Virus record (IMG/VR): IMGVR_UViG_3300020160_001966
Location: 32,001-96,000 of that record
From: a virus
DNA length: 64,000 bases
Strand: one strand, 5' to 3'
A model generated the notes under the pieces. That model saw only the letters and a program-made list of their open reading frames with translations. It was not told the DNA's origin and searched no databases. Each line of letters starts with the position of its first letter. The stretch's first letter is position 1. The position numbers and the translations under genes were made by a program. This document shows, in pieces, positions 1 to 9,361 of this stretch.

Positions 1-136
1 TAGATTCTGGAGAATCAGTTACTATAAAAATTTCAGGTTTGATATCTAAGAAATCAAAACTTTCAATCAAACGATTAGTTTGTTTATAATACCTCTCACC
101 ATAACAAAATGTAGAAATAGCATAATCTAAAATCAT
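1..136 (-). CDS. 5' part of a probable glycosyltransferase-like protein (runs off the window edge)
   Basis: Hand-translated from ATG at 136: MILDYAISTFCYGERYYKQTNRLIESFDFLDIKPEIFIVTDSPES. The ATG overlaps the TGA of the upstream methyltransferase (ATGA coupling). The beta-alpha-beta 'IVTD' pattern resembles GT-A N-termini. Confidence 0.45.
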   Translation of the reverse strand, partial: MILDYAISTFCYGERYYKQTNRLIESFDFLDIKPEIFIVTDSPES

Positions 137-723
137 ATTCTAACGTAACAACACCAAGCAGCTTTTTTAAAATCCAACTTTCCATATTCTATTAAATTAT
201 TTCTTGTTATAGAATCACATATATCCGAGTATTGTATCTCAAACCAATTCCAAATCTTTTTTTCAATATCATTTTTAAAAACAACATCACTTTGAGCATA
301 GTCATGTGCCATTATAAAATCGTTTCTCTTAATATAATCGGAATAAAAATTAAATTCATTTATTTTAAACCCACCATCACACAACAATAATACTTTACCC
401 CCATTGTTTATGAGATGTATCACATAATTTTTGAAAGTTTCAGTGGTTTCATCCATCACATGGTAATGAACACCCCTCTCTTTTAATTGAGCCTCAACAT
501 AATCTTTATGTGAAAAATCAAAAGTGTGAATTTTTTTTGACAGATCGTTTTCGACACATACATCATCTATAATATAAGTTAATCCACCTAAAGAAGTTCC
601 TAATTCTATTATAGTATCAAAATTTTCTTCCTTTAAAAAAGTTTCAAAAAAAGATTTAATATCCTTTACTTGTTGCGTGGTATGTAAATTTTTATATAAA
701 AAAAATGAGTCTATAGTTTCCAT
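133..723 (-). CDS. Class I SAM-dependent methyltransferase (CmcI/Methyltransf_24-like)
   Basis: IIELGTSLGGLT SAM-binding motif; LLLCDGG and IMAHDY motifs typical of glycan O-methyltransferases. Confidence 0.7.
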   Translation of the reverse strand: METIDSFFLYKNLHTTQQVKDIKSFFETFLKEENFDTIIELGTSLGGLTYIIDDVCVENDLSKKIHTFDFSHKDYVEAQLKERGVHYHVMDETTETFKNYVIHLINNGGKVLLLCDGGFKINEFNFYSDYIKRNDFIMAHDYAQSDVVFKNDIEKKIWNWFEIQYSDICDSITRNNLIEYGKLDFKKAAWCCYVRI

Positions 724-726
724 AAT

Positions 727-1983
727 TTAAAAAAGATTTCCTGTAATTTTTTCACACCAACCTTTAGATTTGGAATATGGCCAAACCACCCAATACTTGG
801 GTTTACTTGATGTTTGAAATTCTCTCCAAACTTTACAATATTTATCTGGATCGTTTAACATTGTATTGATTTCGGATATATCGGCATCTTTTCTGTATAA
901 AGTTTCATCATTTTCATCGTGGAAAGCAACGCACCAGAATTCATAATCCTTTTCTGGAACTTGATGATAACCCACATCAATACAATGTTTGAACACATTA
1001 GCAAATTGTTTTTTCCAATTTTCTTCTCCACCCAATTCTTCAATAGATGGATTTGGTGGATCTTTCTTATCTAAAGTATATTGCTGAACCGATCTTTCAG
1101 AAAAAAGCAAGCCAGAATATTCTTCATATTCTCTGAGGGTTCTGATTTTACCAAAACCATACTTACCATCGTGACCTTCTTGCTTTTCACCATCCATACC
1201 GAAAAGTTTTCTATTGGTGTGATGAGATATTCTATTCCTTTCACCCCACTGTTTATCATCATCCCACTGTTTCGTTCTACCCTTTCTCGTATATTCGTGC
1301 CAAATTACAGCTTGATGAGGATGAAATAAATCATAACCATAAGTATAAGCTCTAGCCGCTATGGATATTTCTTCTCCATGAAAATAATATTCTGGATTAT
1401 GTTGTACTTCTACACTAAATTCTCCAAGAGTAAAACACATATGAGCAGAATAAAATCTAGCTCTAGTTGGAGATTTTAATTCGGTATGGTTGGGGATATC
1501 TTCTGGAAGGAAGAAGACAGCACCCTCTGGAATAAATCTATCAAACACCATTCTCCAAGGTTTCTGAACTCTTTCTTGTGGATCATTTTCTGGATTAAAT
1601 GATGGAGCGTATGCTGTCAATAAAGGCTTTTTATAACCCATATCTTGCAACTGTTTAACCATTCCTATTAGCGTTTCATCCCAATCTTTATTAAAACGCA
1701 TATGTGAATCTATTTGTAAAGTATATTTTTCATCAGAATATAATTGTTGAACAGCATTTCTAGCCCAACAAACCCCTTTACTATCTTGATAAGGAACGTC
1801 TATTATTTTAAACCTTGTATCATTTTTAAACTCATCCAAATTTTCAGTATCGTCGTGTTGCCAACAGATAGCAAACACCAAATTTTCTGGATTTTTCGCA
1901 TTATTCAAACAATCTTTTATTGTTGGTATTAGTTGAGGATCTCTATAGGATGCTATCTGAATGAATATTTTATTGTTTCGCAT
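727..1983 (-). CDS. GT60-like glycosyltransferase (Skp1-hydroxyproline GlcNAc-transferase/Gnt1 family)
   Basis: IFIQIASYRDPQL, GVCWARN, LQIDSHMRF, FHGEEIS and WHEYTR are hallmark motifs of the GlcNAc/GT60 family. ATG at 1983 is preferred over the TTG at 1998. Confidence 0.85.
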   Translation of the reverse strand: MRNNKIFIQIASYRDPQLIPTIKDCLNNAKNPENLVFAICWQHDDTENLDEFKNDTRFKIIDVPYQDSKGVCWARNAVQQLYSDEKYTLQIDSHMRFNKDWDETLIGMVKQLQDMGYKKPLLTAYAPSFNPENDPQERVQKPWRMVFDRFIPEGAVFFLPEDIPNHTELKSPTRARFYSAHMCFTLGEFSVEVQHNPEYYFHGEEISIAARAYTYGYDLFHPHQAVIWHEYTRKGRTKQWDDDKQWGERNRISHHTNRKLFGMDGEKQEGHDGKYGFGKIRTLREYEEYSGLLFSERSVQQYTLDKKDPPNPSIEELGGEENWKKQFANVFKHCIDVGYHQVPEKDYEFWCVAFHDENDETLYRKDADISEINTMLNDPDKYCKVWREFQTSSKPKYWVVWPYSKSKGWCEKITGNLF

Positions 1984-2001
1984 ATTAAATGATATCAATT
2001 T

Positions 2002-2029
2002 AGTTTATCACAAAAAAGATATAATTCAA
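2002..2029 (-). promoter_or_regulatory. sigma70-type promoter TTGAAT-N16-TAAACT upstream of the GT60 operon
   Basis: Read on the minus strand in the intergenic region; same geometry as about 10 other promoters in the window. Confidence 0.5.
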
Positions 2030-2095
2030 TATAATATATTTTCTCGAATTATATAAAAATATTCTTTAAAGTTACTCTTAGATCCAAGATCGACT

Positions 2096-2812
2096 TTATG
2101 TTTTAGGATCTGTTGGAGTTGGTGTAGGAGTTTCTGTAGGTGTAGGAGTTGGTGTTGGAGTCTCGGTTTCTGTCGGTGTAGGTGTAGGAGTCCCTGTTGG
2201 AGTCTGTGTTGGAGTTTCTGTATTGGTTGGTGTCTGTGTTGGAGTAGGAGTCCCTGTTGGAGTAGGAGTCCCTGTTGGAGTCTGTGTTGGAGTTTCTGTA
2301 TTGGTTGGTGTCTGTGTATTGGTTGGTGTCTGTGTTGGAGTAGGAGTTTCTGTTGGAGTCTGTGTATTGGTTGGTGTCTGTGTTGGAGTAGGAGTTTCTG
2401 TTGGTGTCTGTGTATTGGTTGGTGTCTGTGTTGGTGTTGTAGTCGGTGTTGTAGTTGAAGTCTGTGTTTGTGTGGGCGTTTGAGTCACAGTCTGTGTATT
2501 GGTTGGAGTTTGGGTTTGTGTGGGGGTTAAAGTTTGTGTTGGAGTGGGTGTTGGACTTAAAGGAAGTAATGGAGTTGTTAAAATTGCTCCAATATCTGAA
2601 ATTGTTATTTTAAATCTTGAACCGTTATCTGCCAACATGATAACATTGTTTAATTGCACCAAATCGTTTGCCGTAACACTACCATAAATAGTAGTATTTC
2701 CAGAGACAGAATTATTGTAACAAGAATCTATTAAATCTGAAAATTCAGTTCCTATAGGTTTTTTTAAATCACTAAAACGTTCTTTTAAATATTCTGCACT
2801 CTGTATCGCCAT
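2096..2812 (-). CDS. Probable virion-associated protein with a mucin-like Pro/Thr-repeat C-terminal half
   Basis: The N-terminus ([23 protein letters not shown]) resembles tail-fibre/decoration anchor motifs. About 150 aa of (T/P/Q) repeats follow. ACTAAATA late-promoter variant 5 nt before the ATG. Confidence 0.6.
   Translation of the reverse strand: MAIQSAEYLKERFSDLKKPIGTEFSDLIDSCYNNSVSGNTTIYGSVTANDLVQLNNVIMLADNGSRFKITISDIGAILTTPLLPLSPTPTPTQTLTPTQTQTPTNTQTVTQTPTQTQTSTTTPTTTPTQTPTNTQTPTETPTPTQTPTNTQTPTETPTPTQTPTNTQTPTNTETPTQTPTGTPTPTGTPTPTQTPTNTETPTQTPTGTPTPTPTETETPTPTPTPTETPTPTPTDPKT
2108..2557. repeat. Imperfect coding tandem repeats (TPTxT; [16 protein letters not shown] units)
   Basis: Repeated GTTGGAGT/GTTGGTGTCTGTGTTGGAGTAGGAGT blocks with codon periodicity. 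Confidence 0.9.
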
Positions 2813-2813
2813 T

Positions 2814-3065
2814 CTAATATTTAGTCAGAAAACATGGTGTTTTATCACCAACATAAGAACCTAATTGATTAAATTCAAAATACTCTAAAGCCTCTTCATG
2901 AGACATGCCATCGGACTCTAATTTGTTAATAACTTTATCGAGATTGTAACAAACTTTATAATCTTGACCGAATTGTATCGAAACCCCTTCGATACAATCG
3001 TCAAAACCATCCATAATAATCAAATCATCTCCAAAGTCTGATAAAAAATCTTTTACATTAGACAT
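2814..3065 (-). CDS. Conserved phage hypothetical protein
   Basis: [10 protein letters not shown]...[25 protein letters not shown] resembles a common small phage protein. Start refined to the ATG at 3065. Confidence 0.6.
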   Translation of the reverse strand: MSNVKDFLSDFGDDLIIMDGFDDCIEGVSIQFGQDYKVCYNLDKVINKLESDGMSHEEALEYFEFNQLGSYVGDKTPCFLTKY

Positions 3066-4140
3066 AAAACGTTTTTTGCAAAGTAGATACTGTAGCCTTT
3101 GAATCATTAATCATAACAGTTTCAAGTCCAAAATTACCATCATCGGACAATGACACTATACCAAAAGCATTCTGCCAATTTGGAGCAGAACCATATAAAG
3201 GATTCAAATCACACATACATCCCATTTCCCAAGCGTATATCTGCTTATCCTTTCTTTTACCTATTGATGGTATCCTTTGCGCTGTATATCCAACTCTATG
3301 AGTATGCCCCATTATGGAAGATTGGTAATACTTTTCTAAAGTACCTCTAGCGGAATATCCACCATATTTTCTAACAACCTCACCATGCAATACAACCAAA
3401 TCGTCAGTCAATTCAACATAATCGGCCATTTTAACAAATTTTTTATATTCTCCCAAAAAAACATTTTCATAACTCAAAGTTTCTTTAATTTCTGGAAGAC
3501 ATGACAATTCTCCAATTCTTTCACTTAAATACCTCCACCATCTACCAAAAGTAGAATCTCCGCTATGATTACCATGAATTTCAACAATTTCAGCACCGTT
3601 AGATACTGATAAAAGATCTGATAAAAATTTATGATATTCAATTCTTTCTTCTAAAAGATTGAATTTTGTTCTAATATCTTTAGGATATCTGGATATGGCT
3701 AACATATCCAGAGAATCTCCATTTATAATGATAGATTTTGGTTGTAGCTCTGAAACAACTGATAAAAATATATCTATGGAAGTTTTACACTGCATCGGAA
3801 AATGTAGATCATTCAAAATCATTACATTATTCGTGTGTGTGTAATTATTTTTAGAATTTAATTTAAGATTTTGAACGTTTATAGGTGCCAATTGAGATAA
3901 AAAATCACAAATATCAAAATTTTTATCAAATTTACTCATATTCTCATATGATTTTATTGGATAAGTTTTAACAGATTCACATACATTAGTTCTACGCCTA
4001 TCGTTAAACCAATCCCACACTGTAGATTTAGGAATATTTAATTTTTCAGAAGTTTCTGAAACTGAATATCCTTTATGTTTTAGATTTAAAGCTTTATTTT
4101 TTAAATCTGAGAGGTTTTGGTGTTTTTCGTTTTTAATCAT
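3058..4140 (-). CDS. Calcineurin-like metallophosphoesterase with N-terminal HTH
   Basis: DLH, GD-x2-D, GNH, HG and GHTH motifs in order. N-terminal HTH: SVSETSEKLNIPKSTVWDW. Confidence 0.85.
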   Translation of the reverse strand: MIKNEKHQNLSDLKNKALNLKHKGYSVSETSEKLNIPKSTVWDWFNDRRRTNVCESVKTYPIKSYENMSKFDKNFDICDFLSQLAPINVQNLKLNSKNNYTHTNNVMILNDLHFPMQCKTSIDIFLSVVSELQPKSIIINGDSLDMLAISRYPKDIRTKFNLLEERIEYHKFLSDLLSVSNGAEIVEIHGNHSGDSTFGRWWRYLSERIGELSCLPEIKETLSYENVFLGEYKKFVKMADYVELTDDLVVLHGEVVRKYGGYSARGTLEKYYQSSIMGHTHRVGYTAQRIPSIGKRKDKQIYAWEMGCMCDLNPLYGSAPNWQNAFGIVSLSDDGNFGLETVMINDSKATVSTLQKTFYV

Positions 4141-4156
4141 ATATGATTTCCTATCG

Positions 4157-4184
4157 ATATTAACAGATTGAACAAATATGTCAA
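4157..4184 (-). promoter_or_regulatory. sigma70-type promoter TTGACA-N16-TAATAT (with extended -10 TG)
   Basis: Consensus -35 and TAnnnT -10, 16 nt upstream of the ATG at 4140. Confidence 0.7.
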
Positions 4185-4200
4185 TAAAAATTATTCAAAC

Positions 4201-4251
4201 CTTAAACAGTACAACCTCTAATGTTGTCCCGCCAACCCTCCCCTGTTTAAG
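4201..4251 (-). other. Intergenic structured element: 9-bp outer stem, inner hairpin and a G-rich (G4-like) insert
   Basis: Minus strand reads CTTAAACAG-GGGAGGGTTGGCGGG-ACAAC-ATTAGAG-GTTGT-A-CTGTTTAAG; perfect 9-bp and 5-bp inverted repeats. Confidence 0.5.
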
Positions 4252-4268
4252 TATGCTCCTTCAAAATT

Positions 4269-5516
4269 TCAATAATCGTAATATATTCGTTCTCGCAAAT
4301 TATTTATTTCAGGTTCTTGTCTTTTTTTCTGTTTATCTGGTTTAACCCCTCTAACCATGTAAACTATAATAGTATCAACCAATTCCAATAAAGCTGCTAA
4401 AAGAAAACATATAAGTGCTGTAATTTCACCTTTTAATAAAGCATTAAAAGATTGCTGAATTACATTATCATATTCAAATTTTACGTAATCTGGTTTGACT
4501 CCTATTTTTGAAGATACTGTATTGATAGCACTGTTTAATTTTATGGAAACATCGGCTAATTCGGTGAAATCTTTAGCTTTATTAACTTCAAAAATTAGAC
4601 CCTTTTCTCCCAACAGAGCATCTATATTGGCAACTCCCTCTTTTAAGGATTGCATTTTAATATCAGTTTCTTTTTTAATTTTTTCCAACTCTTTAATTTT
4701 ATTTTCTTCTAGAGTTTTTATCTCTAATTCTGATATTTTTTGTTGTTTTTCTATTTCCTTTTGTTTATTAGATTCAATTTCCCCTTTTTCTAAATCAACA
4801 TTGGCTTGTTCTCTTCTTAATTCGGATTCTAATTCTTTAGTTTTTGGACCTGTTCCAGCTACACCAGAACTATACTTACCTTTAACACCTTGAGTTTCGT
4901 CTATTATAGCTTGTTGAGCTTTATTAACTCTATCGTTTAAGGATTTTACTTGAGATACAAATTTTTGTTCTATTTCTGTTTGGATTTTATTATTTCTCTC
5001 ATTTATTTCTTTAATTTTTAAATTGAAAATTTGTTCTTGCTCTGTAGATTTTTCGTTTAATTTTTTCTCTAAATCTAAAATTTGAAAATTTAAAGATTCT
5101 CTAGCATCTTTATCGAAATAATTTACAATTTCTAAAACTTCAAATTTTTTAGTCAATAAAGATTGCCTAATACTGGTTTCAGAATAAAAACCAACAAAAT
5201 CAAATATTGTCGGTAATAAACTTATTAAAATACATAAAACAGCATGTTTATATTCGAAAACTTCCTTACCATACATTATAATTTTAATACAATATGGTAA
5301 TCCAACTACGGATAAAGCAGCTAAAAATATTAAACCAGTGTTCCAATCTGTCAATATTAAACTAAGTGCATGATAAGCAAAAGCGATAGCAACCACCATC
5401 ACTATAATATAAACAAAATTTAAAGTCTTAGAAGCGAATCCATTCTTTGTAGGAAATCCAAACAATGTTGGATGTGAATCATTATCTTCAACTTTATTAT
5501 CTATTAGAACTGGCAT
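4269..5516 (-). CDS. Multi-pass membrane protein with a long coiled coil (DUF4407-like)
   Basis: Three N-terminal TM segments, an E/K-rich coiled coil containing 'GVAGTGPKTKEL', and a C-terminal TM. GATAAATA lies 7 nt upstream. Confidence 0.55.
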   Translation of the reverse strand: MPVLIDNKVEDNDSHPTLFGFPTKNGFASKTLNFVYIIVMVVAIAFAYHALSLILTDWNTGLIFLAALSVVGLPYCIKIIMYGKEVFEYKHAVLCILISLLPTIFDFVGFYSETSIRQSLLTKKFEVLEIVNYFDKDARESLNFQILDLEKKLNEKSTEQEQIFNLKIKEINERNNKIQTEIEQKFVSQVKSLNDRVNKAQQAIIDETQGVKGKYSSGVAGTGPKTKELESELRREQANVDLEKGEIESNKQKEIEKQQKISELEIKTLEENKIKELEKIKKETDIKMQSLKEGVANIDALLGEKGLIFEVNKAKDFTELADVSIKLNSAINTVSSKIGVKPDYVKFEYDNVIQQSFNALLKGEITALICFLLAALLELVDTIIVYMVRGVKPDKQKKRQEPEINNLRERIYYDY

Positions 5517-5539
5517 GTTCTAATATTTATCTTTTTTAA

Positions 5540-7207
5540 TCAAGCCTCACATGATTTACAAATCATTATAGATCTAGCTAATTCTTGAGCGGGATTTGCG
5601 CTGCGTTGATAATACAAGGATTTAATTCCCTGTTCCCATGCGAAGATCATAAGTTCATTTACATCTTTTGGTTTCGTATTAGGAGGAATCATAATATTTA
5701 AACTTTGACCCTGATCAATATATTTTTGACGTTGTGCAGCTTGTATAACAATTTCTTTTTGTGAAATTTCACCAAATGTTTTAAACACTTCTTTTTCATT
5801 ATCAGAAAGAAAATCTAAATGTTGAACACTTCCACCCTTAACAAGAATAGATTTCCAAGTTTCATCATCATCTTTACCCTTTTCCTTTAAAAGAGTTTTG
5901 AGATATGGGTTTTTAAATGTAAATTTACCCTTCGCAAGATCTTTTACAAAATAATTACTATTAAGAGGTTCTATACTAGGTGATACCTGTCCAAGAATAA
6001 AACTGGATGAAGTTGTAGGAGCAACCGCAAGAGTTGTTACGTTTCTTCTGTTGTATTCTGACTTATTCTCAGAAAGGGAAAATATTGGGGCGCGACCAAA
6101 AAGTTTCGCTAATTCACATGTTGCATGTTCAGAACGTTGTCTGATGAATCTCCATATCTGATTGTTCAATATTTTCGCCTCCATTGATTCAAATCCAATC
6201 ATCTTGGATTGCAATAAAGAATGCCAACCGAGAACACCTACTCCTAATGCTCTTTGACTAATAGCAAAATTTCTAGGAGCTTCCATGAATTTCATTCCTT
6301 CGGTTTTTTCGATGAACTCTGACATTACCGCATCCAAAAAATAAACCAAAGTTTCTACCGCATCAGTATCTTTCCATTCTTCCCATGTTTCCAAGTTTAA
6401 AGAAGAAAGATCACATACAAACGACTCTTCCTCAGAATTAGAAAGCATAATTTCCGAACACAAGTTGGAATTATTAATTTTAATCCCTTTGTCTTTATAA
6501 ATTTGCGGTGCTTGGTTGTTAGCATTATCACTGAAAAAAATGTAAGGATAACCAGATTCAAATCGTTTCTTGATAACAAGACCCCAAATTTTACGTGCTT
6601 CCTTATCACCCTCTACCATTTTTTTCATCCATTCATCCGACACAGAAACACCAATAGATAGATCTTGAATTTCACAACCTTCTGATTTGATTTTTAGAAA
6701 TTCTTCAATGTCTGGATGATCGATTGGAAGATATGCGGCAAATGATCCTCTACGAACATTTCCTTGCGAAACAACATTCATGAGCTTGTCAAACAATTCC
6801 ATGAAATGTACAGAACCTGTAGATTCTCCACCAGATGAAATTGGAGTTCCTCTTCCTCTTACGTTACCAAAATAAGCAGATGTACCACCTCCATGTTTGG
6901 TCATAACAGCGGTTTCGGAAACTTTCTCCATAATTCCTTCCATTGTGTCTGGTATATATGAACCGAAGCAAGAGATAGGAAGACCTCTTTTACGTCCGAA
7001 ATTGCTCCATATGGGGCTGGATAAGGAATAAAATCCTCTAGCCATATAATCTTCAAATTTATCAGCAAATCCTTCAGAGTTTAAATATTTTTCTGCTGTT
7101 TCTGCAATATCTCTAATTCTTTGTTCTGCTGTTTCTCCCTCTAACAAATAACCTCTTTCCAGAAATTTTCGTGAGTCTTTGTTAAGCCATTCGTATTTGT
7201 TTGTCAT
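5540..7207 (-). CDS. nrdA: Class I ribonucleotide reductase alpha subunit (no ATP cone)
   Basis: PISCFG, KHGGGTS, NSNLCSEI (finger loop), CDLSSLN, AVAPTTSSS, QGQSLN and C-terminal KSLYYQRS...CKSCEA. Confidence 0.97.
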   Translation of the reverse strand: MTNKYEWLNKDSRKFLERGYLLEGETAEQRIRDIAETAEKYLNSEGFADKFEDYMARGFYSLSSPIWSNFGRKRGLPISCFGSYIPDTMEGIMEKVSETAVMTKHGGGTSAYFGNVRGRGTPISSGGESTGSVHFMELFDKLMNVVSQGNVRRGSFAAYLPIDHPDIEEFLKIKSEGCEIQDLSIGVSVSDEWMKKMVEGDKEARKIWGLVIKKRFESGYPYIFFSDNANNQAPQIYKDKGIKINNSNLCSEIMLSNSEEESFVCDLSSLNLETWEEWKDTDAVETLVYFLDAVMSEFIEKTEGMKFMEAPRNFAISQRALGVGVLGWHSLLQSKMIGFESMEAKILNNQIWRFIRQRSEHATCELAKLFGRAPIFSLSENKSEYNRRNVTTLAVAPTTSSSFILGQVSPSIEPLNSNYFVKDLAKGKFTFKNPYLKTLLKEKGKDDDETWKSILVKGGSVQHLDFLSDNEKEVFKTFGEISQKEIVIQAAQRQKYIDQGQSLNIMIPPNTKPKDVNELMIFAWEQGIKSLYYQRSANPAQELARSIMICKSCEA

Positions 7208-7212
7208 ATAAT

Positions 7213-7611
7213 TTAATCTAAAATTGTGCTATCTGGAATATCTTTTTCTGGCACAAGATAAACATCTATTACCTTTTTATGTTCAACATCTCTTGCTTTT
7301 TTTAATCTATTCAATCCATCCGATACCGATAAACCATAACTTTTGTTTTTTATAACCAATAATGGAAAGGAAGTATCAGCCTTCATCATTCTCTTATTTG
7401 ATTTTTCTGGATCATCTTTATTTTGTTTATCCCACCATTTCAACTCATGTTCAAGCTTTGAAATCGAAAAATCTTTTTTAAAGTATTTTTCTTTATTTTT
7501 CTCTGCAAATTTTACAACAGCGTCAACGGATCTTTTAATTCCATTTTCATCTGTCATAATACCTAGATCTTTTTTTTCTAAAATTTGGTTGATAAGTTTA
7601 TCAAATTTCAT
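7213..7611 (-). CDS. ParB/Srx-like small protein with a CTS-like leader, inserted between nrdB and nrdA
   Basis: KADTSFPLLV...VSDGLNRLKKA resembles the ParB-N 'P(I/L)xV...DGxHR' motif with H replaced by N. N-terminus MKFDKLINQILE. Confidence 0.5.
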   Translation of the reverse strand: MKFDKLINQILEKKDLGIMTDENGIKRSVDAVVKFAEKNKEKYFKKDFSISKLEHELKWWDKQNKDDPEKSNKRMMKADTSFPLLVIKNKSYGLSVSDGLNRLKKARDVEHKKVIDVYLVPEKDIPDSTILD

Positions 7612-7614
7612 ATT

Positions 7615-8586
7615 TTAAAATAAATCGTCTTCTGAAAATGATTGGGATTTTTTGGAGTACTCAACTGGTCTGGAATGAAAAAAGTCAGTCATATTATTTC
7701 CCAATAATTCCTCTTCGAACCACATTGTAGAAGAAATAAGTTCTTTGTCAATCTCAAAAGCTGGGGGAAATCCAATCATTTTAAGGGATTCGTTGATTCT
7801 GTTTTTTACAAATTCTTTAAGAATAACGGCACTAAGACCTTCCTCTTTAATTCCATTTATCATCCAGTCGATAATTTTTGCTTCTGATTCATATGCTTCC
7901 TTTGCTTCGGAAACAACTCTTTCTACAAATTCATCATCAAAAAGATCTGGATATTCTTCTCTAATTGTATTGATTATTTTAGCACCAACAAGAGCATGGA
8001 TATTTTCTTCATTGCGAGTATATTTTACTTGTTGATCTGTATCTTTAAGAACGTTCTTAAAACGAGCGAACCAATTGATTACATAGAATTGAGAAAACAA
8101 TGATACGTTTTCAACGAACAATGTAAAAAGAGTCAAGGCGTATACATATTGCTTCTTAGAATCCTTGTAATAACGATGCGTGTATTTCTTTAAATATTTT
8201 ACCCTACCTTCAATCCAATCAAGTTTTAGGTTCTTCTCAAATACATCTTCTAGCCCAAGTGTAGAGATTAGACGTTCATATGCATTATTATGAATAACTT
8301 CTGTGTTAGCCATAACATACCCCAAATCTTGTAATGCAGGATGTGGAAGATTTTCACCAAGCTTTGACCAGAAAGTTTTTACTGCTATTTCAATTTGTCC
8401 AATAGCAGACAAAGTGCGTATGACTATTTCTCTTTCTTGATCGGTTAAATTTACTTTAAATTGTTGAACATCAGACTTAAATGAAAATTCTTTATCTGTC
8501 CAGAATCCATTGTGCATAGCTTCTATAAATTTATCAGTCCATGGATATTTGTTCGGTTTGCGTGAAATTTGTTCTTCGAAAATCAT
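7615..8586 (-). CDS. nrdB: Class I ribonucleotide reductase beta subunit
   Basis: FW motif, E-x2-H-x3-Y (EVIHNNAY, radical Tyr), ENVSLFSQF, RNEENIH and C-terminal DFF. Confidence 0.97.
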   Translation of the reverse strand: MIFEEQISRKPNKYPWTDKFIEAMHNGFWTDKEFSFKSDVQQFKVNLTDQEREIVIRTLSAIGQIEIAVKTFWSKLGENLPHPALQDLGYVMANTEVIHNNAYERLISTLGLEDVFEKNLKLDWIEGRVKYLKKYTHRYYKDSKKQYVYALTLFTLFVENVSLFSQFYVINWFARFKNVLKDTDQQVKYTRNEENIHALVGAKIINTIREEYPDLFDDEFVERVVSEAKEAYESEAKIIDWMINGIKEEGLSAVILKEFVKNRINESLKMIGFPPAFEIDKELISSTMWFEEELLGNNMTDFFHSRPVEYSKKSQSFSEDDLF

Positions 8587-8621
8587 AGTATTATATTTTA
8601 TTTAATATGAACGCTTCTCTA

Positions 8622-9080
8622 TCAGTTTGGAAATAGAAACATCATATTAATAGATTTAATTCTTTGATAACTAGGCAAATTACCATCTTCCGCGAAAAAG
8701 TCATTATATGAAAATTTCGGAAAATATTTTAAAATATGTTTAGAATCAATAGGATATAACCCATAATCTAAATATAAAAAATTATCACCACATGTTAAAT
8801 CGAACTCATTCAATGTTTTATTATAAAAAAACAAATCTATAATTTTATATTTTTCAAATATATTCAATAAACTAGAATGTTCATCCTTTAATGGCAATAA
8901 AGGGCCATAAAAATTTCTATCTAAATGATTTATTCTTATTGGATTGAAAGATTCCTTTATATGTATTCGATTTTCGTCATATTTACTCTTAATATCACAA
9001 CCTATAAATACACCTCTTTTTTCCAAAGGTGAATATTCTAAAATTGGATTTTTTTCAAAAGAATAAAAATCGTGTTCCAT
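8622..9080 (-). CDS. Hypothetical protein
   Basis: Open frame that fills the intergenic space; start refined to the ATG at 9080 (MEHDFY). Confidence 0.5.
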   Translation of the reverse strand: MEHDFYSFEKNPILEYSPLEKRGVFIGCDIKSKYDENRIHIKESFNPIRINHLDRNFYGPLLPLKDEHSSLLNIFEKYKIIDLFFYNKTLNEFDLTCGDNFLYLDYGLYPIDSKHILKYFPKFSYNDFFAEDGNLPSYQRIKSINMMFLFPN

Positions 9081-9113
9081 ATTAGAGTTATAATAACACA
9101 TCAACACATCTTA

Positions 9114-9329
9114 TCAAGCATTAAATGTGGTGGCAACATTGAAATTTGGCAATTTGTATATTACACCTTTAGAATTATTAAAAATTACAGTGCATCTATC
9201 ACCAACAACCATGGGATTCGTTGTGATTTTATCTTGATAATTCACACTTCCCAAAACATTACCATTAGAAGTATCTATACATTTCAACATATTAGCGTCT
9301 AATATCACACCATAAATTAAAGAATTCAT
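9114..9329 (-). CDS. Small hypothetical late protein
   Basis: 71 aa; ATTAAATA 5 nt before the ATG. Confidence 0.55.
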   Translation of the reverse strand: MNSLIYGVILDANMLKCIDTSNGNVLGSVNYQDKITTNPMVVGDRCTVIFNNSKGVIYKLPNFNVATTFNA

Positions 9330-9334
9330 ATAAT

Positions 9335-9356
9335 TATTTAATTGACAACATAAATA
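9335..9356. promoter_or_regulatory. Divergent late-promoter variants (ATTAAATA on -, CATAAATA on +)
   Basis: Each lies exactly 5 nt before a start codon (9329 and 9362). Confidence 0.6.
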
Positions 9357-9361
9357 ACTCT

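Noticed and set aside
2030-2100. Possible frameshift or readthrough extending the PT protein into the GT60 gene
   Set aside because: All three minus-strand frames hit stops before 1998, and a separate promoter lies in the gap.
2108-2557. Repeats as a possible CRISPR array
   Set aside because: No constant repeat with unique spacers; the periodicity is codon-based inside an ORF, and there are no cas genes.
2223-2687. Val/Gly-repeat ORFs on the + strand
   Set aside because: They are the antisense shadow of the Pro/Thr repeat gene and have no promoter or start context.
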